Positions 10,812 to 20,100 of a DNA stretch of 46,426 nt are shown in pieces (position 1 is the stretch's first letter; every line of letters starts with the position of its first letter). Made by a program: the position numbers and the translations under genes. Below the pieces are notes generated by a model. It saw only the letters and a program-made list of their open reading frames with translations, searched no databases and was not told the origin of the DNA. This DNA is from Pseudomonadota bacterium (GTDB lineage Bacteria > Pseudomonadota > Gammaproteobacteria > JAFEDO01). Location of the stretch: contig JAFEDO010000009.1 in assembly GCA_018241565.1 (NCBI GenBank), positions 1 to 46,426 on the forward strand, given 5' to 3'.

Positions 10812-13108
10812 TGAAAATCAAAATGCTGTTAAAGTGGTTTTTAGTTTTTTGCCTGGCTGTCATTATCAGCCTATTTATCTTAACTTTTTCTAAACCCCCT
10901 TTACTTGATGGCATAAATTTTTCGACATCCGTTTACGATAGTAACCACCAATTATTAAGATTAACCACAAGTACAGACCAAAAATACCGATTATTTGCAA
11001 GCTTATCTGAAATTCCACAATCCGTTATTGATGCAACACTATTAAAAGAAGATCAATATTTTTTTCAGCATCGAGGTATTAACCCTTGGTCAATGTGTCG
11101 AGCAATTAAAAATACTTACATCAAGCGTGAGAGAGTAGTAGGGGCTTCTACTATTACGATGCAAGTGGCACGTTTACGATACCACATCGATTCACATCAT
11201 GTGCTCGGCAAATTAAAACAAATTTTATATGCCATGAAACTCGAACTACATTATACTAAATCTCAAATTTTGGAAGCATATTTTAATTTAGCACCTTACG
11301 GCAATAATATTGAAGGCATTAAAGCTGCGAGCTTGATTTATTATCACCATCCATTAAACGAATTATCATTACCACAAGTATTAACACTCGTGGTTATTCC
11401 TCAAAATCCCGCAGTCAGAACTCCACAGCATATGAATAAGTTAGCTCAAGGAAGATTACATTTGTTTTCACGTTGGGTAGAACAGCATCCGAATGACCAG
11501 CAATATGCATCACTGTTCCAATTACCATTGGCATTGCATACGATTAAGGAGCTTCCTTTTGTTGCGCCCCATTTTGTTGATCATGTTTTAAAAACACATC
11601 CTTCAACTTCACTCATTCAAACCACACTAGATAGTAATCTTCAAAATATGGTTTCTAGTAAAATACGTCAATACATTAGCCATAAAAGTAATTTAGGTAT
11701 GCAAAATGCCGCCGCACTACTCGTTGATACGCGTGATATGTCCGTCAAAGCTATGGTGGGATCAGGAGACTTTTTTAATCAATCCATCAGTGGTCAAATT
11801 AATGGAACCACCATCGCACGTTCACCAGGGTCCTCTTTAAAACCGTTTATCTATGCGCTCGCATTAGATCAAGGGATTATTCATCCTGCGACTGTTTTAA
11901 AAGATACGCCTATGCATTTTGGTTCCTACGATCCTGAAAATTTTGATTATCATTTCTTAGGGCCATTGAAAGCTAAAGATGCATTAATATTAAGTCGAAA
12001 TATCCCAGCGATTTATCTCACCAATATTATCAAAAATCCTTCTTTCTATGAGTTTTTACAGAAAGCAGATATTCCGTTACGTTCAGAAAAAGAATATGGA
12101 TTAGCGTTAATTTTAGGAGATGCAGAAATCAGCATGGTGAAATTAGTGAGCTTATATGCCATGTTGGCTAATCAAGGGATATATCGTGAAGTTCGATTTT
12201 GGAAAGAGCAGCCACAAAGTAAAAGCAAACGGCTACTCAGTCCTGAAGCGAGTTTTTTAACGCTAGATATGTTGAAAGACAATCTACGACCGAATCAATT
12301 ATTTAGAGAAAGTAATAGCTTGCCAATTTCTTGGAAAACAGGGACTTCTTCAAGATTTCGAGATGGGTGGAGCGTTGGCGTTTTTGGTCCTTATGTTTTA
12401 GCTGTCTGGATTGGGAATTTTGACAATAGTGGCAATGCTTCTTTTGTTGGGCAAACAGCGGCAGCCCCTTTGTTCTTTTCTATTATTGATAGTATCGTAG
12501 CGAACCAAAACATAAAACCACTGTCATATGATTTATCAAAATTACATTTAACACGATTAAAAGTATGTAATGCGTCAGGGTTATTAGAAACACATGCCTG
12601 TCCAGGTACTTACGAAACTTGGTTTATTCCCGGCAAATCACCGATTCGAAAAGATACTGTTTTTCGAGAAGTGATGATAAATCCAGACACAGGAAAACGA
12701 ACTTGTCATATTGATCCAAAAAACACATTTGAAATTTATGAATTCTGGCCATCGGATGTTTTAAGGTTATTTCGTGAAGCAGGCATATCACGACGTATTC
12801 CACCTGAAGTGGACTCAAGCTGTGAATTTAAACATGCACATGAAAATGGACTATCACCCAGTATCACTTCACCACGGAATACTTTTATTTACACCATCAT
12901 AAAAGATTTCGGAAGCATTCCCCTAATCGCAAATGTTGATGCTGACGTAGAAGAACTCTTTTGGTTTTCCAATTCCACGTTCATCGGAAAATCAAAACGT
13001 GACCAACCACTCCTATGGCATCCACATCCTGGCCAGTATGTCATACGTGCGATTAATAATTTTGGACGATCAGATTCCATATCAATCTCCGTCCGAGAAG
13101 TTCATTGA
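10811..13108 (+). CDS. pbpC: penicillin-binding protein 1C (bifunctional glycosyltransferase/transpeptidase-like)
   Basis: 765 aa with an N-terminal signal anchor. GT51 motifs 'EDQYFFQHRGINPWS' and 'GASTITMQVAR'. Transpeptidase motifs 'SPGSSLKPF' (SxxK), 'SRN' (SxN) and 'KTGTS' (KTG). It also has a C-terminal PBP1C-type extension and sits directly after the A2M gene. Confidence 0.92.
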   Translation: MKIKMLLKWFLVFCLAVIISLFILTFSKPPLLDGINFSTSVYDSNHQLLRLTTSTDQKYRLFASLSEIPQSVIDATLLKEDQYFFQHRGINPWSMCRAIKNTYIKRERVVGASTITMQVARLRYHIDSHHVLGKLKQILYAMKLELHYTKSQILEAYFNLAPYGNNIEGIKAASLIYYHHPLNELSLPQVLTLVVIPQNPAVRTPQHMNKLAQGRLHLFSRWVEQHPNDQQYASLFQLPLALHTIKELPFVAPHFVDHVLKTHPSTSLIQTTLDSNLQNMVSSKIRQYISHKSNLGMQNAAALLVDTRDMSVKAMVGSGDFFNQSISGQINGTTIARSPGSSLKPFIYALALDQGIIHPATVLKDTPMHFGSYDPENFDYHFLGPLKAKDALILSRNIPAIYLTNIIKNPSFYEFLQKADIPLRSEKEYGLALILGDAEISMVKLVSLYAMLANQGIYREVRFWKEQPQSKSKRLLSPEASFLTLDMLKDNLRPNQLFRESNSLPISWKTGTSSRFRDGWSVGVFGPYVLAVWIGNFDNSGNASFVGQTAAAPLFFSIIDSIVANQNIKPLSYDLSKLHLTRLKVCNASGLLETHACPGTYETWFIPGKSPIRKDTVFREVMINPDTGKRTCHIDPKNTFEIYEFWPSDVLRLFREAGISRRIPPEVDSSCEFKHAHENGLSPSITSPRNTFIYTIIKDFGSIPLIANVDADVEELFWFSNSTFIGKSKRDQPLLWHPHPGQYVIRAINNFGRSDSISISVREVH

Positions 13109-13120
13109 AGATAAAGTTGT

Positions 13121-13450
13121 TTATTCATTGGAACAGGGATTAATAGAAAGTTGAAATCCAAGCGCTTTGAAAAGTATGCCAAGAGTTTGTAGTTTCGGAT
13201 TACCTTTACTCGATAATGTTTTGTAAAGACTCTCACGATTCAAATGAGTTTTACGAGACAATTGACCAAGGCCACCTTGAGCTTCAGCGACATGTCGTAT
13301 AGCTAATAGTAAAACTTCCGTATTTCCATCTTTTTGATATTCGTCTAAAGCAACTTGTAAATAAGCAGCAGCTTCTTTTTTATCCCGCAAGGAATTAATG
13401 AGCCACTCATCATAGCTAGTCGTCATTTTTTGAATTTTGTGTTTAGTCAT
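13121..13450 (-). CDS. higA: HigA-family addiction-module antidote protein (HTH antitoxin)
   Basis: 109 aa from the ATG at 13450: 'MTKHKIQKMTTSYDEWL..AAAYLQVALDE..LLLAIRHVAEAQGGLGQLSRKTHLNRESLYKTLSSKGNPKLQTLGILFKALGFQLSI'. This matches the antidote family pattern (..AAYL.AALEE..ARARGMSQLA..GLSREGLYKALS..GNP.F.T..KVL.ALGL.L). Its start overlaps the toxin stop by 8 nt. I trimmed the longer track ORF (to 13528). Confidence 0.88.
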   Translation of the reverse strand: MTKHKIQKMTTSYDEWLINSLRDKKEAAAYLQVALDEYQKDGNTEVLLLAIRHVAEAQGGLGQLSRKTHLNRESLYKTLSSKGNPKLQTLGILFKALGFQLSINPCSNE

Positions 13451-13772
13451 AACATCGCTCCCGAAATTCATCCCAATATTGCTTCGCTTTTTTGATGTCA
13501 CTTTTTTGAGTTTTTTTACTGCCGCCAATTAATAATAAAATAATCGTTTTTTCTTGCTCTACAAAATAGATCCTATAGCCAGCGCCATAATGGATTCTGA
13601 GTTCATAAACGGCGTTACCCACAGGTTCACAATCACCATAGTTTCCAAGTGAAGCTCGATTGAGGCGGTTTTTCACTTGTGCTCTTGTTATTCTGTCTTT
13701 AATTGAAGAGAACCAGTCACTAAATGGCTCTTTCCCTGTTCTCGTACGATAGATTCGCAGTTCTTTTTTCAT
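13443..13772 (-). CDS. higB: HigB/RelE-superfamily addiction-module killer protein (toxin)
   Basis: 109 aa from the ATG at 13772: 'MKKELRIYRTRTGKEPFSDWFSSIKDRITRAQVKNRLNRASLGNYGDCEPVGNAVYELRIHYGAGYRIYFVEQEKTIILLLIGGSKKTQKSDIKKAK'. This matches the killer-protein family pattern (..RI.RL..GN.GD.KPVG.GV.ELRI.YGPGYRVYF...G..IVLLL.GGDKS.Q..DI..AK). The toxin-upstream gene order is HigBA-like. I rejected the 190-aa track ORF extension. Confidence 0.88.
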   Translation of the reverse strand: MKKELRIYRTRTGKEPFSDWFSSIKDRITRAQVKNRLNRASLGNYGDCEPVGNAVYELRIHYGAGYRIYFVEQEKTIILLLIGGSKKTQKSDIKKAKQYWDEFRERCYD

Positions 13773-13795
13773 ATAATTTTCCACTGCCAAAAGAA

Positions 13796-13815
13796 TTGTA
13801 GCATATAAACTACAA
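13796..13815 (-). promoter_or_regulatory. inverted repeat TTGTAG-N8-CTACAA in the higBA upstream region (candidate operator)
   Basis: This 6-bp inverted repeat lies 24-43 nt upstream of the higB ATG. On the coding strand it overlaps a TACAAT -10-like hexamer. TA operons are typically autoregulated through such palindromes. Confidence 0.35.
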
Positions 13816-13945
13816 ACTAGGAGAATTTTTGAACGATGAATAGTAGCCTTAATTTTTAGCAGTGTATATATTTTGCAATTATTTTTGTTATGTAGATTAT
13901 CCTCAAAACGGCAATGTTGGGTTGATGCAGAGTGTAAGCATTGAA

Positions 13946-14146
13946 AGTATTGCCTTAATCGGAAATGTGGATGCCGATGTAGAAGAACTCGTTTGGTTTT
14001 CCGATCCACGTTCATCGGAAAATCAAAACGCGACCAACCACTCCTATGGCATCCACATTCTGGTCAATACGTCATACGTGCGATTGATAATTTTGGACGT
14101 TCAGATTCCATATCAATCTCTGTTCGGAAAGTTCAGTGAAGATAAA
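13946..14146 (+). pseudogene. displaced, frameshifted second copy of the pbpC 3' end (~200 nt)
   Basis: Same orientation as pbpC 12912-13116 and roughly 90% identical by eye. It would encode 'IALIGNVDADVEELVWFS' (PbpC has 'IPLIANVDADVEELFWFS'). A 1-nt deletion near 14003 shifts the frame. The ancestral stop position is retained at 14137-14139. Confidence 0.85.
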
Positions 14147-14178
14147 TTTATGTATCTATGTAGAAGTGCAATATCTGG

Positions 14179-17100
14179 CTATGGTGTTGATGGGCCCGTG
14201 GCCGCGAAGACAGGAGAATCTTCTTTAGCGGAGTGTAATGCTTGCAAAAATTGTAGGATATTAGTTTGTAAGAGACCTGACTGTTCAAAAGTAACCGTAA
14301 AAGCTTGAAAATCAGGTGACGCTATTACTTTGGCAGTTGTACCTGACGTAAGTTCACGGAGCCAAGTCATCCTAGCATTAGAGAGTGATTGATCAGGGTT
14401 TGTGCTTGAGAAATCGAGATTAGAATCGAAGCGGATAGTAACAGAATTCTCAGTTGCAGCTGCTTGGTAATTTGATGGTGGAGGATTGCTGCTATTAGCA
14501 GCGACGTAAGGTGGTGCAAACAACAAATGTCGTGCCTTATGAGCTGAAGCTAAGGTTGGAACGCTAATAGTACTAGTAGGGATATTCAATGGGACTATTA
14601 ATTCTTTTTCGAGCATGGAATGGATAAGAACGTATATCCAAACCATAAATCGACTACTGTTACCCATGTTTTGAAACAGACTTTCTAGTGTGTTGCTAAT
14701 TCCAATGGGGATTTTGCCATTATTAACCTTAAAAACTGGATGGTTTTCATTTAAAATGGCGCAAGCAGTAGCGTATCTCTGTTTAAGGCTTAAATAAGCC
14801 TCATTCCAATTGCCTTTGTTTTCGGCTTTACTACGCGTATCCGTAGTGACAGAAAAGTGGGTTTTGAACACCGAAGACTTCCCCGTACCGAGGTTTGATT
14901 GAATAGCGGATAAAAGTTCAAACAAGTTACTGCGTGTATAGGGCATGAGAATTTGATTTTTTAACGCAGAATTTTTTTCCAATTCTTGCAATAAATCCAC
15001 TGGCATACCGATGGACCCAGACATTACATATGATAGTCCATCAGTATTAGGTAAAAAACCTAGTTCTAATTTATAAAATTCAAGGCGTGCTAACTCAATA
15101 TCTTGAAGATATGAATTTTTATGTCTCTGTTTAGATCCAACTTTATATTTCTGTGTATCTTCGATAAGGTGTAATTCTTGATATATTTTTTCTGCTAAAT
15201 CAAAATCACGGATATAAATGGCTAAAATAGCCATGTAACGTAAAGTTAAGAGAGTACGATCGATAGGTGAGTTAATTCTTTGTCGAATTTCAATGATAGA
15301 ACGTAAATATTGAATAGTTTTTCTAATATAAAATTCATGTGGAGAAACCCAAGTTCTATTTCCTGGTAGAAATTTTTGATGTGCAAGTAGCCAAGCCTGT
15401 TGTGCCAGTGTTTGGAAAATTATATAAGCATTTTGCAAATAAAAGATGCTTTGTTTTTCATCGCAAATAGCAAGATGAAGGTATATTTTAGTCATTAATG
15501 TATAGGGAATGAGGGGTCTTTTTTGCGATTTTGAATTTTCTTCGAGAGCTGTATATCTATATTTTAATGCGTTTAAAATAGTTGCCGTTTCTGATAAGTG
15601 AAAAATTGAAGCTTTAAAGAAATTAGTTTCTTTATTAGCTTTAAGCAAATTTGGAATAACGTAATCTCTACTTGATAACAGTGTTTGATTAGAGGGTGTC
15701 ATTTTCTCTTTAAATACAGAATTATAATTAACACTTAAAATGAAAAGTTGTATGCGAGCCAAAATTTCAAAATGAGGGTTTTCTAAAGAAGTGGCGATTT
15801 TTTGCATTAAAATTAAAGTCTTAAATAATGGATAGATTTCTTTAAAGAGGTCAGTTGCTTTTGATGAATCATTTAAAATAGAAAAATGGATTTTTGCTTT
15901 AAATTTTAAGAGCTTTAAATGTTGTGGATGTTGATATACAAAATGTGATTCAGCTATGGCAAGTGCGGTATCAATGTGCTGTACTGCTTTAATAAAATCC
16001 TCAGAATTTTTGTTAAGAGCAGATTTTAGATAGGCATAGCTTGTTTCATAATGATGTGTAATTTGATACATAATATTAGTAGATAAATCTTCTAGTACAT
16101 TTGATGAATCTAGTAAAGATCGCATACCAAGACCATACTGATATGATGAAACTGCTAATTGGTGATCTGCTAATATTTTTTCTGCAGGAGAAAAGTATAT
16201 CGAAGAAGATTCAGCGAGGTTTGAGTTAATGCCGGAATTAGAGCGTTGTAAAATGGTACTTCTTGCAAGCAGTTTAAGTTTTGAAATATCAGGCGTGTGG
16301 TTATTAGGTTTAGTATTTATTAAATCAGAACCAGAGTGATTTAACAGCTGCTTAATAGATCGAGCTGCTTCAAAAATATTTTGGCGTTCCCCTAGAATGC
16401 AGTAGATTTCAAGTCTAGCTAGTTCTATATGCAGTGTGAAAAATGGGGCAATTTGTTTCAGAGCAGTTTCAGATTTTTTTAAGTGCTCTAGAGCCGCTAA
16501 CAGTTTTCCGTGCTTAATGCACGTTATTGCGGAGAGGTAATCATTGAATCCAGTTTCGAATGGATTAATGCTTGCTAAAGCGAATGCCTCGGTTGCCTTC
16601 AGTGGGTCTCCCTGCATCAGAATAAGCCCATTTAATCGTTGAAATTGAGAAGTTGACGAAGCATTTGGATAAATAGATACTCTAGTTTGATTAAAAGTTG
16701 AAATCCATTGTTCGGCGTTATCAAATGATTGAAAAATAAAAAATTCCCAGCTTTTTTGTAAATGCCTCATATGAGCTTCTAAATATTCAACTGTGATTTC
16801 TTTATCCGTATCCAAATTGAAGCTTTGAAAATCTGTAGAAAAATGCAGATATAGTAATATGATTGTGCGGATAATTTTTTTTAAATTTTTAAAATCACTG
16901 GGACTTAAACGATAAATATCGTGGGATGAATCAAATCTATATTTATATCTATTAAACTTCTGTGGTAAATTTTCATGATAAACAAAAATTGCTCCTGATT
17001 TTTCTATAAGCTGAACCCGAATTTTTAATTGATGTAGCGCGTTGATCGAAAATTCTAATTCTGTAAAAAGAGCTTCTGATAATGTTTTTGAATAATCAGT

Positions 17101-20100
17101 TAGAATTTTTGCCGTTTTTTGGAATAACACGGCTTTTTCTAGGGTAGATTCATTTTGCCCTTGGTTTTTTTTGTTGGCTTTAATAAGATCTTCAGCAGTT
17201 TTTAAAAGTGTCTGCGCCGTAGATGTAAGACTAATTGACAAAGGAGTAGTTTTAGAATCCTTTTGTAATCTCAATATAGTGGTTAATGTGCCCGAATATC
17301 CGATATCACTTTGCAATCCCCACAGATAGATTATTAATTGTAAAAAAGAATAAAATGAAGAATTCAAATCGAATAATGGAATTTTTTTAGGTTGAGATAA
17401 GTCTAATTCAAAATTCAAAATAGAACGTCGGATTAATTGTTCAAAAAAATCATTCCCAAGACGTTTTTTTAACAAAATTGGATCGCTTACCCATTGAAGA
17501 GGATTTTTAAATGCGTCGGCATGATTTCCAACAACTCCATGTGCAGTGCATGCTGCAGGTAATCTTGCTATCAGAGGCAACTCGCGAAATTGGTGAGGCT
17601 CAGACATGATTAAAGAAGTTTCATCATCAAGAGGTACTGTGACAATAGTTTTATTTGTACATAGCCCAAGATGGGTAAATGCTAAAGTGATGTTCCCTAC
17701 AGATAAAATAAAAGGATGTTCGCCAAAAGTGATTGCAATTTTCAAAAGAAAATAACGCAAGAGCTTTTCGTAAGGATTTTCTTTTGGTGAATTTGTTTTA
17801 GATGTCGGAAATATTATTCCTATCTCAACAGGTTCGTAAGGAAGAGTAAGATTGAATATTAAAATTTGATATGGAGGAATTAGAGTGTCAACTATATCTT
17901 TTCTCATACATCGAGTTATCAGGCTTGCTACTAAACTTTGTATACCTTCAATAAAATTCCTTGAAGATTTTAGTGAAATTCTTTCTAAGAGCTGTTGTCT
18001 AAATTGCATCAATGATGAGTTATCTTTCACAGCTGTTTTCGGGCGTTGTTGGTGTGAAAATTTCTGTCCGTTGCAAAATTCATTTTCAATGAGGACTAGT
18101 TGGTGCGCAAAATATCGGTAAGTAGTTTCACAAGCTAAAGAGTTTTTTAGATTAAAATAACGCGCACCTACCCAACAAATTTCAGCAGCACTATGAAAAT
18201 CAGAATTAGCTAAATATTTTCTTAATTGTTCTTTTAAATTATCAAAAATATTTTTTTCAGTAACAGTTAAAAGTTCAAAGGAAATATTTTTTTCAGTAAC
18301 AGTTAAAAGTTCAAAGGGTGTTAAAGCATTTTTACCTTGTGAATTGAATACACTCATTGTTCTATTTCGAGTTGGGAAACTTAGTGGAGCGAGAATAGGA
18401 CCGATAGGTGTTACATCCATTCTCTGAGGAACGCTAGGAATTACCATTGGTTTTTGGCCTGGATTAAGAGCTATAGAAAGTCTTAAATTAGTGCTAGCGG
18501 CTAATTCTGGTTGAGGGATCACTACTAATAAATCAGGATCTGAAATAATGGTACGAATGGTTAAGTTAGCAGAGGTTTTAAACGAAAGTAGCAATTCCAA
18601 ATATTCTGTGTTTTGAAGCAGATATTCTAGTACGGGCCCGTTTCCACGCTCTGCGGCCAAATGTGCTGGAGTTTCTCCTCCTGGATGAGTTACCGCTAAT
18701 GGTGGATCAATACAAACTCCTAAATGATGTAGAGTAGTAACTACATCTAGGTAGTTTGTTCCGGTATGAATGAGTTGGAGTCCTGCTGCATTTCGTTTTT
18801 GATATAATGACAATAAGTATAGGATGTTACAGCGAAGGCTATTAATGGGTAAATCTTCTGTTTTTATTTTTGAAGGTTGTGGCACACGTAAAACTGCTTG
18901 TAATTTGGCGGGGATATTAAGAATGACTTTAGGAAGAATATGTGACAGTGCAATTCGAATAGGAGGAGTGGGAATTTCCTGTCCTTCCATAATAATATAT
19001 AAAGTATCTTTATTGGTTGAAGTTGTTATTATCCCCGGTAAGCTTTCGAAATTAATAGGAATAGTTCCAGACATAGGAAGAGTTTTGGATTCTAATCCTT
19101 GTTCAGTATTCACCGTAAGAGTGGCATTTATCGTAATTTGTAACAGAGCGGTATTTTCCGAGGGTTGAATAATTTCAATTTTTAAACCTTTGAAAAGCAT
19201 GCTTTCGATCATTACCTGTAGTGCCGACGCATTACCAAGATCTGCTGCGATATGTAAGACTGAATTCCCTTCGGGAGTTATTAGTCCAGGTAGTGCACCA
19301 TGATCCACAAGTAATTTAGTTACGTTAATATTTGGGGTAGTCACACTCTGCATGAGTGGTGTTCTGTCGGCTTTATTAAACTCATCTGGATCTGCTAAAT
19401 GATGAGTTAGTAAATATTTAACTACTGCGGCAATAATTTCGGGAGGGTGAGCGTCGACATAATCTTTTTGAGTTAATAAATGTAGGACAGTATTTTTTCT
19501 ACTATCAACGCCTGTAAATTTTGCACCAAGAGCAGCTAAAAATTTTAATGCATCTACACTGGGGCTGTTTTTTAAAACAGCAAATACTGGATTTGAAGTT
19601 GGAAAATCATTTTCTTCAGCACTTTTTGAACTGGATTTTTTGAATACGATGGGAGTGCCGTTTTTTAAGACAATAGTCAATGAATTTGTAAAATTAGCAA
19701 GTTTAATCCATTCTGCTAGCGTCAGAATTCCATCGTCAGAAATAGTTAATTCAAGGTTAGGCCTATTGGTCACTAAGTCACATAAATCTGCAAAAGATAA
19801 GTCGCAATATAACAGCGTAATATTGATTAACTGCTTTAAGTTTATCGCTAATTGATGTATCGGAGTATGAGGATCATTGTGAAACTTTTTCCCCAATTGT
19901 AAACAATGACGAAATTCTAATTTTTGAATAAAGGGTAACTGAAAAATTCTTTGTAATATTAGATGCACTGTTTCAGTAGGGAGTAATTGATAATCAAATT
20001 CTTCAAGTAGTTCTGATATTGCTTCTGTGATTGTTTGCGTTCTATCTGCAGGATCATCATAGAATGAAAATGCTCTGTATTTCATTAATTCTTCATGAAT

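Noticed and set aside
13443-14015. 190-aa and 135-aa versions of the toxin and antitoxin ORFs (long N-terminal extensions)
   Set aside because: Family-length proteins (~109 aa each) start at internal ATGs (13772 and 13450) and show the typical 8-nt stop/start overlap. The toxin extension runs antisense through the pbpC remnant.
13862-14308. 148-aa ORF on the plus strand
   Set aside because: It is a chimera of the frameshifted pbpC tail remnant and sequence antisense to the 3' end of the giant ORF. It is better explained as a pseudogene fragment.
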